Counted from the stretch's first letter, positions 26,305-35,680 are shown. The stretch is 64,000 nucleotides of DNA from an uncultured Gammaproteobacteria bacterium (GCA_964355955.1 CAYHFQ010000004.1:1162-65161); one strand, 5' to 3'. The notes: generated by a model not told the origin, from the sequence alone. Numbers and translations: made by a program.

Positions 26305-29142
26305 ATGTCGTATCTAGTTAAGTTGGCGAAGTTTGGTCAGAATTTTTTAAGAAATTACGGGAAAATTATTTTTCCAGTATTGCTGTTGATGGCACTTGGT
26401 ACGCCTCAGTTATTGAAGGCTGAAGATCCAGTGACGACAATTCCACAAGGTGTTACACATACAGAGAGCATTGCGGATCTTCAGGCTTCTATTGATGCCA
26501 CTAATGCTGCTGCTGATGCAGGTTTAGCGGCAGACGCAGGATCTAACGTGCCACCGGCAACTAACGCGCCGTCAGCAGCGAGTTATTTGGCAGATGAGGG
26601 TTTAACACAGACAGCGGTGAATGGCGTTATTCTGTTGCTCGGTACGGTTTTTACGTACCTGGCCCAGGGCGTGGGGTGGATTATCTTGCTATTGATTAAG
26701 ATTATCTTGATCCCCATTCTGCATTACGATGGTTTTGCGACCAGTCGTATTATTGGCTTGGGCTGGAGTTTAGTGCGTGACGTTGTCAACATGTTCGTAG
26801 TGGTGGTGCTTTTAGTGATTGCCGTGATGACCATTGTTGGCAGTCCTAAGGCTAACTGGGAACAGCAAATTCCACGATTGTTTATTTATGTCGTGGCTGT
26901 CAACTTTAGCCGTACTATCTGTGGTTTATTGCTCGACGTCGGCAATGTAGTGATGTTTCAGTTTGTTAATGCTATTTTAGATGTTGGAGCTGGTAACTTT
27001 GCTCAGTTGCTGAAGTTAAATATTACCGGAACATTTACTGATCACTTGAATACTACGATTGGTTCGGCCCAGTTGTTAGCCGGTGCTTATATGCAGCTGG
27101 CGTTATTGCTGGCGGTGCTGGCGGTGATTGGTATCATGGTTCTGGTCTTTTTATACCGTATTGTAGTGTTGTGGGTGTTGATTATTATGTCGCCGGCAGC
27201 CTTTTTTGCTGGTGGAATCAAAGATGTGTTGGGTCAAGCTGGAAGTGCTTATAATGACTGGTGGAAGAAGTTCAGTTCGGCGATTATCCTTGGCCCGTTG
27301 TTGACGTTCTTCTTGTGGCTAGCACTAGCAGCGGCTAGTAGCGGTGACATTATTTCGAGTGAAAATTTCCCAACTGGTGGAGCGAGCGAGAACATTCCAG
27401 GTATTGTGTTGCAGCAGTTTGATATGTCGCAATTGGCTGGCTTGATGCTTGGCTTGGTGTTGCTGGTGGTGGGTATGCAACAAGCGTCGCACGCAGCTGG
27501 AGCGCTTGGCCCGATTGCTGCTGGTTTGGTGAGTGAAGGCATGGGTATGAGGATTGTAAAGGGTGCCATGCGTATGCCGGCGCAGCAGTTTGGACGACAG
27601 GCGAACAAGCGTTTGGCGCCAGCTGGGAGTACTCTTACTTCGGAAATTGGTAAGGGTGTTATTGGGCTCGGTCAGGCAGCGAGAAGTACCGGTATACCTA
27701 TTTTAGGTACGGCTTTTGGGGCGACGATTGGCAAAGGCTTGTCCATTGCTGGTAGCGCAATCCAGAAGACTGGTGATGATCAGTTGCATGAGTCGCAGCA
27801 TAATGCTGAGGAGCGAGTTAAGGCTTGGAGCCCAGAGCGTTTGGCTTCTGAATTGGCGTTGGTGGCCAGTGGTGAGAGAGCTGTGTTGCTTTCTAGTGGT
27901 GGCTCGAAAGAGGCGGCTGTTAAGAAGTTGGTGACGGATAAGGGGACTCAGGATATGGTGGCGGCTCAGTTGTATAAGAAAGACAAGGTAAACGGTGCGC
28001 AACAATTCCAGGATTTGATGAGGACTGCTATTGGTCAGGTTGAGCATCATGAGTCGCATATTATTGGTGACGACGACAAGGCCGGTCAAGCCTTTAACGC
28101 GACTAAGTCACGCTATGTGCACTTGATTGGTGCTATGGCTGATGATAAGGGTGAGATGCATACAGCAGCTGAGCGTATGAAGGCACACATGGATAATCCT
28201 AAGTTTAAGGCCGGTGACATGAGTACAGATGCGGTCAAGAATGAAGTGGTGCAGAATAACGCTCGTAACATTGTGACCGGAACTGACGCGGCTGGTAATA
28301 ATATTACAATGTGGGATGAGATTATATCTGGTAAGGGCGTATCTAATAAAATTCGTGAAGCTGCTTTGGCGACGCCTGTTAGAGCTAGTATTGCACCGGA
28401 CGACAAACAGGCTGCACGTTGGGTTTCTGGCGGAGTACGAATTGGTACTTTGAATAACCGTGATGTTACAGAAGCGGATATTCAAAATAACATTACAGGT
28501 GGAGCGCTTGAGATTAATAGTTTAACGAATGCTGACTTTGCGGCTGCTGGAGGTCCAAATCCAGGACATCGAGGAGAAGAAATTGCCAGGTCTATTGCTT
28601 TGTCTGGAGCCAACTTTACGCTGCCTCACAATCAACTTAATGCTGGTGCTTTGGCTGAATTTGAGAGGAATATTACGCGTGTTATCGGTGACACGACTAA
28701 TAATACAAAGGAAGAGATTGTTAAAGCAATTGCGGCTAAATTCGCTTTGCAAAATGCGGCTGGTGTGCCTAATGACTTGTTCGATCCTGCCAATGGTCGA
28801 GGTGTTGGTGATGATATGGCCGCTTTGGCTGAGGCTATGAAGATTGATCAATCCGCTATTAGGTATGTTGATCCAGCCGCACACGGTGGTGTTAATAAGG
28901 AAGTTATTGAAAAAGCGATTGACAGTGCGGTGTCAGTTAATATGATAAACACCTTGCTAGCCAAGATGAAGAAACTGAAAAAGACAGATGTGGAGTATGT
29001 CAATTACAAAGCGGCTATTGACCGAATTGATGCTGCATTGATTAGTTTAGATACTGCGGGTGGTCCATCAGGATCTAAGCAAACATCTGGCTTCAAAAAC
29101 AAGCGCAACCGAGCTCATGAAGTTAAGATTGAAACGGATTAA
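26305..29142 (+). CDS. VirB6/TrbL-like T4SS membrane protein with long C-terminal soluble tail
   Basis: GWSLVRDVVNMF, VAVNFSRTICGLLLD, RIVVLWVLIIMSPAAF, WWKKF; adjacent to PrgI/VirB4; ATG 26305 follows TGATATACT. Confidence 0.72.
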   Translation: MSYLVKLAKFGQNFLRNYGKIIFPVLLLMALGTPQLLKAEDPVTTIPQGVTHTESIADLQASIDATNAAADAGLAADAGSNVPPATNAPSAASYLADEGLTQTAVNGVILLLGTVFTYLAQGVGWIILLLIKIILIPILHYDGFATSRIIGLGWSLVRDVVNMFVVVVLLVIAVMTIVGSPKANWEQQIPRLFIYVVAVNFSRTICGLLLDVGNVVMFQFVNAILDVGAGNFAQLLKLNITGTFTDHLNTTIGSAQLLAGAYMQLALLLAVLAVIGIMVLVFLYRIVVLWVLIIMSPAAFFAGGIKDVLGQAGSAYNDWWKKFSSAIILGPLLTFFLWLALAAASSGDIISSENFPTGGASENIPGIVLQQFDMSQLAGLMLGLVLLVVGMQQASHAAGALGPIAAGLVSEGMGMRIVKGAMRMPAQQFGRQANKRLAPAGSTLTSEIGKGVIGLGQAARSTGIPILGTAFGATIGKGLSIAGSAIQKTGDDQLHESQHNAEERVKAWSPERLASELALVASGERAVLLSSGGSKEAAVKKLVTDKGTQDMVAAQLYKKDKVNGAQQFQDLMRTAIGQVEHHESHIIGDDDKAGQAFNATKSRYVHLIGAMADDKGEMHTAAERMKAHMDNPKFKAGDMSTDAVKNEVVQNNARNIVTGTDAAGNNITMWDEIISGKGVSNKIREAALATPVRASIAPDDKQAARWVSGGVRIGTLNNRDVTEADIQNNITGGALEINSLTNADFAAAGGPNPGHRGEEIARSIALSGANFTLPHNQLNAGALAEFERNITRVIGDTTNNTKEEIVKAIAAKFALQNAAGVPNDLFDPANGRGVGDDMAALAEAMKIDQSAIRYVDPAAHGGVNKEVIEKAIDSAVSVNMINTLLAKMKKLKKTDVEYVNYKAAIDRIDAALISLDTAGGPSGSKQTSGFKNKRNRAHEVKIETD

Positions 29143-29150
29143 TATTGCTT

Positions 29151-31073
29151 ATGGAGGGGGGTGACATTCGCGGTATTCCAATAGTTAGCCAGTTTTTAAC
29201 GAATGGGGAGTCCATGGAAAAACTGGAGACGATGCAAGAAAAGTATAAACTGCCTGTTGATCGGGCGGACGAGTATTTAATGTTATGTCGGGCGGTGTTG
29301 GACGGGGATATACAACTTGACCACATGCCAGAGATGATTGCCGAGGCGTTTGGGGTGGATGAGGAGATGGCTAAGAAGATTGCTATGGATGTGGTGGCGA
29401 TTAGGTTGTTGCCGCTTGAGGGTTACTGGCCGGGAGTTGAGGCGCAGATTGTGAAGTGGGGTGGAAAAGTGAGTGATTATTCGGCATTTCGTGTAGGTAA
29501 GGAGAAGATTACGGCGGATAGGTTTGCTGGTAATTTAACGGAGAACTTAGAATTGACGTTGTCGCCCGTGCATATTAAGCGTTTGGGATTTTTGGTGAAG
29601 AGTTATTTTGCTGGCGAGAAGACGAGGGATGCGACAATGACGTTTTTTGCCCGACCGGTGAATATCGGAGGCTTGGGGTTGGCGCTTGAACAAGCTAAGG
29701 GTTTGATGGAGAGTATTGATGAGTCTAAAGAGATGGTGGAGTTGGTGGATGATGAGAGGGATGAGACTTTTAGGGAGGAATCTGAAGAGCCGGTAGAACC
29801 AGTTAATGAGGTTACTGAGAGTGATAATATTTTAAAGGAGGCTCGGCCGGTAGAAGAGATGAAAATTGAGACACTAATAGGCGGGGATACCATGCCCCGC
29901 CAGGAGGAGCCTGTAGTCGAGCCAATTATTGAAGATGTAAAGCGGGGGACGGTGACCCCGCCTATTACGAAGATAAAAGAAGAGGTCGTTGCAGAGAAGA
30001 TACCCGAAGAAATTCCAGTGATAGCGAATTTGCCGGAGGTGGCGCCGAGTATGGTAGTTTCGACCACGACGCCGGTGACGCCGAGGGTGATGGTGGCTGG
30101 GGGAGAGCTTGCGTCCGACAGCGAAGAGATTGCGGCGCAGGCTAAAGTGATTGCCAAGAAAGATATTGCGAGTGAGGGTAATGACGAGAAGTTAAAGGCG
30201 GCGGTGGATTTGGTGCTGACGTCAGCGTCGACCTTATTGCAGGCTAAGAGATTGGCGAAGAAAGAGTTTGCGCCAGTTTGCGAGATGATGATTAGAGGCG
30301 TACGAGATGTCATGCAGACGCGGGGAGTGCTAGTGAAAGAGTTTGGATTGGACGAGGCGTCGATTGATGCTTTGCTGGGATTCGTCGATGATGGGGCGAA
30401 ATTCTATCATCAGGCTGAGATTAAGCGGGGGACGGTGACCCCCCCTATTGAAGTGAAAGCTGCGGTGCCAACAGTAGGTGAAGTGATGGACCGGAGGTTC
30501 GCGGAGGTGACGAAAACGTTGCCTAAGGCACCGATTGTGCCGGTGATGGATGAAGCTAGGGTGAGTGCAGCCAGAAGCAAAGAAGATGAGGTAGCGGAAC
30601 AAGCGGCGAAGATTGATGTGGCTAAGCTCGAAGTGGCGGCAGAAGCGGCCAAGCCGGTGTTAGCGAAAGCGATGCTGACGGTGGGCAGTGTGGCGCCAAG
30701 CTTGCCAGGTGAGCCTGTGATGATGAACGACGTGAAGTTTAAGCCGCGATTGGTTGGCCCGGTGGATGAGCTCGGTACTATGATGCCGGCTGACTTTAGG
30801 CGTTTGTCGAGCGATCCAGTAGAGGCGACCAAGAAGATTGAAGATTTGTTGGCGGCGCTGCAGACAACGTCGTTTGAAGAAAGGATTAGAGGTATTCAGG
30901 CTTGGCGCGTGAGCCCAGTTTGTAGATTATATGCGGCCATGGCTGGCGAAGCGTTGCAGGCTGGCGTGGCGTTGGCGGAAGTAGCGAGTAAGAGACGTAA
31001 TAAGGGCGAGGAGAGTTTGAGCCCGGCGGAGATGAAGGCGATAGGATCGTTGAACGCAAAGATGAGATTCTAG
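29151..31073 (+). CDS. Conserved hypothetical protein in the T4SS-like cluster, with in-frame REP-like insertions
   Basis: Long ORF with host-like codon bias; acidic/Pro linker; C-terminal GPVDEL..FRRLS.DP..AW..SP..Y block. Confidence 0.65.
   Translation: MEGGDIRGIPIVSQFLTNGESMEKLETMQEKYKLPVDRADEYLMLCRAVLDGDIQLDHMPEMIAEAFGVDEEMAKKIAMDVVAIRLLPLEGYWPGVEAQIVKWGGKVSDYSAFRVGKEKITADRFAGNLTENLELTLSPVHIKRLGFLVKSYFAGEKTRDATMTFFARPVNIGGLGLALEQAKGLMESIDESKEMVELVDDERDETFREESEEPVEPVNEVTESDNILKEARPVEEMKIETLIGGDTMPRQEEPVVEPIIEDVKRGTVTPPITKIKEEVVAEKIPEEIPVIANLPEVAPSMVVSTTTPVTPRVMVAGGELASDSEEIAAQAKVIAKKDIASEGNDEKLKAAVDLVLTSASTLLQAKRLAKKEFAPVCEMMIRGVRDVMQTRGVLVKEFGLDEASIDALLGFVDDGAKFYHQAEIKRGTVTPPIEVKAAVPTVGEVMDRRFAEVTKTLPKAPIVPVMDEARVSAARSKEDEVAEQAAKIDVAKLEVAAEAAKPVLAKAMLTVGSVAPSLPGEPVMMNDVKFKPRLVGPVDELGTMMPADFRRLSSDPVEATKKIEDLLAALQTTSFEERIRGIQAWRVSPVCRLYAAMAGEALQAGVALAEVASKRRNKGEESLSPAEMKAIGSLNAKMRF
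29876..29966. repeat. Inverted pair of 26-bp REP-like palindromes (family X) inside a CDS
   Basis: AATAGGCGGGGATACCATGCCCCGCC (29876-29901) and AGCGGGGGACGGTGACCCCGCCTATT (29941-29966) in opposite orientation. Confidence 0.8.
30424..30449. repeat. REP-like palindrome family X inside a CDS
   Basis: AGCGGGGGACGGTGACCCCCCCTATT, read as KRGTVTPPI. Confidence 0.78.
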
Positions 31074-31104
31074 AAGGTAGAGGGTAGAGAGTAGAACGTA
31101 GATT
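31070..31104. repeat. Heptamer tandem array GTAGANN x5
   Basis: CTAGAAG GTAGAGG GTAGAGA GTAGAAC GTAGATT, the reverse complement of the TCTACNN arrays. Confidence 0.65.
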
Positions 31105-31105
31105 G

Positions 31106-31114
31106 TGCTATAAT
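31106..31114 (+). promoter_or_regulatory. Extended -10 promoter, probable leaderless mRNA
   Basis: TGCTATAAT ends 6 nt before ATG 31121. Confidence 0.6.
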
Positions 31115-31120
31115 GAAAGC

Positions 31121-31561
31121 ATGGCTGGTCGCAATCAATTTGTCGTGCCGCAGTTCCTCGACGTCGAGGCGAAAATTATCGGGCCAATTACGGCGCGGCA
31201 GTTTGTTATTTTTTTAGTGGTGCTGTTGTTTGAGTTCTTATTATATCGAATATTTTTAAGTTTAGCTGTCATTCTAATAGTTGGTTTGCCAGTGTTGGGC
31301 CTAGGTATACTTTTTGCTTTTTTTAAGGTTAATGGTCAACCTTTCCATTATATTCTGCTGAACGTAATTCAGACCATGCGGAAACCACGCTTAAGAGTTT
31401 GGGATAAGACGTTGTCTGATGCTGACATTAGGGTCTTTATGTTGCCGCCAGTAGTCGCTCCACCGCCACCGCCAGTAGCCAAGTCACCGATCGAAAGAGG
31501 AAGGTTGTCGGAATTGACGCTCGTGGTTAATACAGGCGGAAGTTACAATCCGGAGGACTAA
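31121..31561 (+). CDS. PrgI family (VirB3-like) membrane protein
   Basis: QFVVPQFLDVEAKIIGPITARQF, two TMs, KVNGQPF. Confidence 0.85.
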   Translation: MAGRNQFVVPQFLDVEAKIIGPITARQFVIFLVVLLFEFLLYRIFLSLAVILIVGLPVLGLGILFAFFKVNGQPFHYILLNVIQTMRKPRLRVWDKTLSDADIRVFMLPPVVAPPPPPVAKSPIERGRLSELTLVVNTGGSYNPED

Positions 31562-31570
31562 AATAACTAT

Positions 31571-32257
31571 ATGGCAACCAATAAATTAGCTAAGCCAAAG
31601 GCGGGGCCACCAACACAGAGATATTTGGATATTGCCGAGATTCGTGAAGATGTGGTGGTGATGAAAGACGGAACACTGCGAACGGTGCTGATGACGAGCA
31701 GCCTAAATTTTGCTTTGAAGAGTGAAGACGAACAACAGGCCGTGATTCAGGGGTATATGCAGTTTTTAAATAGTTTGGAGCACCCGATTCAGATCGTTAT
31801 TCAATCGAGAAGGATGAACGTGGATGGGTATTTGGAACGTTTAAAGCAACAAGAAGATACGATTGGCAATGAGTTACTGAAGTCACAAATTCGAGACTAC
31901 ACGTCGTTTATTAGCGAGTTGGTGGAGTTAGGTGAGATCATGCAAAAGAGATTTTTTGTCATTATTCCGTTTGACCCACTGCAAGATAAGAAGCAAAGTT
32001 TTGTGACTAAATTGCAGACTGCCTTGGCACCAGCTTCGGTAGTGAAGTTGAATGAAAAGGTGTTTCGTACTAGGCGGGATAGTCTGATGCAGCGCACGAG
32101 CAATGTGGCTGGCGGCTTGGGCAGTATGGGCTTGCAAAGCGCTATGCTCGATACGCAGGGTCTGATTGAGTTGTATTATTCGGTGTATAATCCAGATATT
32201 GCAGAAACGCAGAAAATGACCGATATCAATAAGTTAAGAATCGAGACAAAATTCTAG
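31571..32257 (+). CDS. TraC/VirB4 N-terminal-like protein of the T4SS-like cluster
   Basis: IAEIREDVVVMKDG.LR.VL..SSLNFALKSEDEQ..FLNSL..PIQI..QSR. Confidence 0.75.
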   Translation: MATNKLAKPKAGPPTQRYLDIAEIREDVVVMKDGTLRTVLMTSSLNFALKSEDEQQAVIQGYMQFLNSLEHPIQIVIQSRRMNVDGYLERLKQQEDTIGNELLKSQIRDYTSFISELVELGEIMQKRFFVIIPFDPLQDKKQSFVTKLQTALAPASVVKLNEKVFRTRRDSLMQRTSNVAGGLGSMGLQSAMLDTQGLIELYYSVYNPDIAETQKMTDINKLRIETKF

Positions 32258-32260
32258 TTT

Positions 32261-34174
32261 ATGGCTTTTGATGTCGAAAAACTGCAGCAGAGTAAGGTGA
32301 CTGTAGCTGCGCCTAAAGTTCAGCGCGTTTTGTCGCCGCAGGAATTAGCAGCGGCGCAGGAAAGAGTAACGCTTGAAGAAGAGCGAACTTACAGGCGCGG
32401 TGTGGTGTCGATCAGAGATTTGATTGCGCCAGCGGCGTACCAGATTTTTCCTAACTATTTGTTGTTGGGCGATACTTACGTCCGAACGTTGTTTGTGACG
32501 ATGTACCCTCGTTATGTGGGTATTGGTTGGGGGACGCCGATTATCAACTACAACAGTACCATTGATATCGGCATGTTCTTCTATCCAGTAAAACCGGAGA
32601 TTATTTTGAAGCAACTCAAGAATAAAGTAGGTGTACTTTCTGCGCAGATTATTTCTGATAATGAGAAAGGCGCGGCTCGTGACCCGATTCGTGAAACGGC
32701 GTTACGTGATATTGAACAATTGCGCGATGACTTGACGCAAGGCATCGAGCATTTCTTTCAATTTGCTTTTTATGTCACTGTTTACGCCAAGAATAAAGAG
32801 GAACTGGATAAACGATCGGAACAAATTGAAAGTATTTTTGGAACAAAATTAATTTCTAGTAAACGCGGTTTCTATCAGGCGGAGCAGGGCTTTAATTCCA
32901 CCATGCCACTTGGCAATGATGAGTTGATGATTAGCTTTAACATGAATACGTCGCCAATTGCGTCGTCATTCCCATTCACGTCAAGCGATTTGAGTAGCGA
33001 TAATGGTATTTTGTACGGCATTAATAGGCACAATAACTCGCTTATTTTGTTTGACCGTTTTAGCTTGCAGAATGCGAATGCCTTGGTGTTTGCGACTTCT
33101 GGTGCGGGTAAATCTTACACGGTCAAACTGGAAATTTTACGTTCGCTCATGATGGGAACGGACGTGATTGTTATTGACCCGGAAATGGAATACCGACACC
33201 TGAGCGATGCGGTTGGTGGGACGTATGTGAACGTTTCTTTGGCGTCCGATGCGAAGATTAACCCGTTTGATTTGCCACGCAGCAAGGGGGATGAAACGAG
33301 TTCGGAAGATGTTTTGCGAAGTGCGGTGATTACAATTAAGGGCTTGCTCCGGATCATGATTGGGACGCCGCGCGGTGAGAAGAGTCAGCTTGGTTTTACG
33401 CCGGAAGAAGATTCGTTGCTCGACCGGGCGTTGCTTGAAACGTATGCTAAGAAAGATATTACAGCTGATCTGCCTAACTTTATTGGGGTTGAATATCCGG
33501 TGCTGCAAGATTTGCAGGATGTGTTGCAAGGCATGCAAGGAGCAACGGATTTGGTGGCGCGTTTGCAAAAGTATACCGAGGGGACGTTTGCTGGCTTGTT
33601 GAATAGTTTGACGACGGTGGAGATGCGTAACCAGTTGGTTATTTTCTCAGTACGAGATTTGGAGGACGAGTTGCGCCCAATGGCGATTTATACCATCGTT
33701 AACTACATTTGGAATGTGGTGCGCAGTGAACGTAAGAAGCGTATTCTCGTGATCGACGAGGCTTGGTGGCTCATGCAGAATGAAGACTCGGCCAAGTTTA
33801 TTTTTGCGCTAGTCAAGCGAGCGCGTAAGTACTTCCTGGGCGTGACAACGATTACGCAGGATGTGAACGACTTTTTAACCAGTGTTTACGGCCAGGCGAT
33901 TGTGACCAACTCTTCCATGCAGATGTTGCTGAAACAGTCACCAGCGGCGATTGACTTGATTCAGAAGACGTTTAACCTGACAGATAGCGAGAAGTACTTG
34001 TTGCTTGAGAGCGCAGTGGGTGAAGGAATTTTCTTTGCTGGGCAGAAACATGCGGCCATTAAGGTGGTGGCGAGTTATACTGAGGACCAGTTAATTACGA
34101 CGAACCCACAGCAGTTATTGGAGCAAGAGCAAGCTAAAAAACAGTTTGAGAAATCATTAGGCGGCGGCAGTTAG
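32261..34174 (+). CDS. VirB4/TraE-like AAA+ ATPase
   Basis: GILYGIN, Walker A ATSGAGKS, IDPEMEY, INPFD, Walker B VIDEAWW, KRARKY, TQDV.DF. Confidence 0.9.
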   Translation: MAFDVEKLQQSKVTVAAPKVQRVLSPQELAAAQERVTLEEERTYRRGVVSIRDLIAPAAYQIFPNYLLLGDTYVRTLFVTMYPRYVGIGWGTPIINYNSTIDIGMFFYPVKPEIILKQLKNKVGVLSAQIISDNEKGAARDPIRETALRDIEQLRDDLTQGIEHFFQFAFYVTVYAKNKEELDKRSEQIESIFGTKLISSKRGFYQAEQGFNSTMPLGNDELMISFNMNTSPIASSFPFTSSDLSSDNGILYGINRHNNSLILFDRFSLQNANALVFATSGAGKSYTVKLEILRSLMMGTDVIVIDPEMEYRHLSDAVGGTYVNVSLASDAKINPFDLPRSKGDETSSEDVLRSAVITIKGLLRIMIGTPRGEKSQLGFTPEEDSLLDRALLETYAKKDITADLPNFIGVEYPVLQDLQDVLQGMQGATDLVARLQKYTEGTFAGLLNSLTTVEMRNQLVIFSVRDLEDELRPMAIYTIVNYIWNVVRSERKKRILVIDEAWWLMQNEDSAKFIFALVKRARKYFLGVTTITQDVNDFLTSVYGQAIVTNSSMQMLLKQSPAAIDLIQKTFNLTDSEKYLLLESAVGEGIFFAGQKHAAIKVVASYTEDQLITTNPQQLLEQEQAKKQFEKSLGGGS

Positions 34175-34292
34175 AACTTGCCCAGTTGGCCTATTTTGAG
34201 CTTGTCGCTGCGCCAATCTCTTCACCGCACGCCAAAGTGCGCCTCAGAGACTTGGCTTGCTCCGCACTCAAACTAGTCGCAACTGAACAAGT
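34175..34292. repeat. Structured intergenic repeat family B, copy 1
   Basis: AACTTGCCCAGTTGGCCTATTTTGAG...CTCAAACTAGTCGCAACTGAACAAGT, starts right after the stop codon. Confidence 0.9.
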
Positions 34293-34309
34293 CCTCCCGA
34301 ATCACTTTA

Positions 34310-34867
34310 ATGTATAATATGCAACGTAAAACTGAAATCATCATTGCTATCATCATCATTGTCGCTTTAGCGATTCTGCTGTTTTTCTGGTTCAACCGAA
34401 CGGTTAAGCAGGCTGCTACGCCAACTAAGGTGACACCTGAGGTGACGACGTCGATTAAGACGACGCCAACTCCGAGTGCAACTGGTATAGCAGTGGCAGC
34501 TCCATCATCGGCTAGTACGGTGGCTCGAGTTTTTGTCGAAAGATTTGGAAGCTATTCGACCGAGTCGGGTTATACGAATATTGATGACGTGATGTCACTG
34601 ACGACAAAAGATTTGCAGGGTCGCTTGCAGAGTTTATTAGAGGCGGCGCAAAAGGAGGCACAGAGTGATTATTACGGTGTCTCGACGCGCTTGATGGGGA
34701 GTAAGACAGAAGTGACGGCTGAAACGTCCATGACGTATAAGATGTCGACGCAACGGCAAGAGTCGTTTGATTCGCCAGCTAATACTTCGGTGAGGTACCA
34801 GGATATTCGAGTTGTGCTGACAAAATCTGGTGATAGTTGGCTCGTAAGCGACTTCACCTGGCTGTAG
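34310..34867 (+). CDS. Bitopic membrane protein with Pro/Thr linker and NTF2/VirB8-like C-terminal domain
   Basis: N-terminal TM; ARVFVERFGSYS; C-terminal VVLTKSGDSWLVSDF typical of NTF2-like folds; directly after VirB4. Confidence 0.55.
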   Translation: MYNMQRKTEIIIAIIIIVALAILLFFWFNRTVKQAATPTKVTPEVTTSIKTTPTPSATGIAVAAPSSASTVARVFVERFGSYSTESGYTNIDDVMSLTTKDLQGRLQSLLEAAQKEAQSDYYGVSTRLMGSKTEVTAETSMTYKMSTQRQESFDSPANTSVRYQDIRVVLTKSGDSWLVSDFTWL

Positions 34868-34987
34868 AACTTCCTCGGTTGGCCTATTTTGGGCTTGTCG
34901 CTGCGCCAATCTCTTCACCGCACTGCTCTAGTGCGCCTCAGAGACTTGGCTTGCTTCGCACCCAAACTAGTCACAACTGTGAAAGTT
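34868..34987. repeat. Structured intergenic repeat family B, copy 2
   Basis: Direct repeat of copy 1 with compensatory TTTGGG/CCCAAA for TTTGAG/CTCAAA. Confidence 0.9.
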
Positions 34988-35005
34988 CTCTAATGATCGA
35001 ATCAT

Positions 35006-35680
35006 ATGTCTGGTTTGGCTGAGCGAGTGCTCGAGGCGGTGTTCCCGAGGTTTTGTGTGAGCTGCCAGCGGGAAGGCGGCTTGTTATGTTTGGCGTGTGA
35101 CGAAGGGTGGAATCCAGAGAGGCCGAGAGTGCTCGAGAGCAAAGATGAGGGAGTTGACTGCGATATTAGCAAGCTGTGGGCGGTGTTGCCGTATGCTAAT
35201 CCGGTGGCGAGGGAGCTGATAACGTCGTGGAAGTACAATTACGATACTTCGGCATGGGCAATATTGCGTCGACGATTGGCGCCACAGATAGCTACATTGA
35301 CGCTGACGTTGGCCATGCATAAGATTGAGGCGATTGTGCCGTTGCCGCTGATGAATCAACGAAGATGCGAAAGGGGGTTCGATCAGTCGGTGGAGATTGC
35401 TGAGTGGCTGAGTAAGTTGACCAACTTGCCGGTGGCTCATTTGTTGGTACGAAAGCATACGGCGGGACACCAAGCAGATAGAACGGTAGACGAAAGATTA
35501 AAAGCGATGATGGCGTCGCCTTTTTCGTTGAGCACCGAGCTTTGTAATGCTATACCTCGAAGGGTTCTGTTGGTGGATGACGTATGGACGACGGGGGCGA
35601 CGATGAGTGCTGGGGCGAGGACGTTGAAGAGTGGGGGAGTAGAGGAGGTTTTTGGGTTTGCATTGGCGAGAGGAAAGTAG
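35006..35680 (+). CDS. comF: ComF family (zinc ribbon + phosphoribosyltransferase) competence protein
   Basis: FPRFCVSC...LCLAC, RGFDQS, VLLVDDVWTTGATM. Confidence 0.9.
   Translation: MSGLAERVLEAVFPRFCVSCQREGGLLCLACDEGWNPERPRVLESKDEGVDCDISKLWAVLPYANPVARELITSWKYNYDTSAWAILRRRLAPQIATLTLTLAMHKIEAIVPLPLMNQRRCERGFDQSVEIAEWLSKLTNLPVAHLLVRKHTAGHQADRTVDERLKAMMASPFSLSTELCNAIPRRVLLVDDVWTTGATMSAGARTLKSGGVEEVFGFALARGK

Noticed and set aside
26305-34867. Integrative conjugative element or prophage
   Set aside because: No integrase, relaxase, coupling protein, att repeats or phage genes; composition matches core genes.
34175-34987. Family B as integron attC sites flanking a cassette
   Set aside because: Position after stop codons is attC-like, but RYYYAAC/GTTRRRY boxes are not properly formed, the flanked genes are chromosomal/core, and no intI is in the window.
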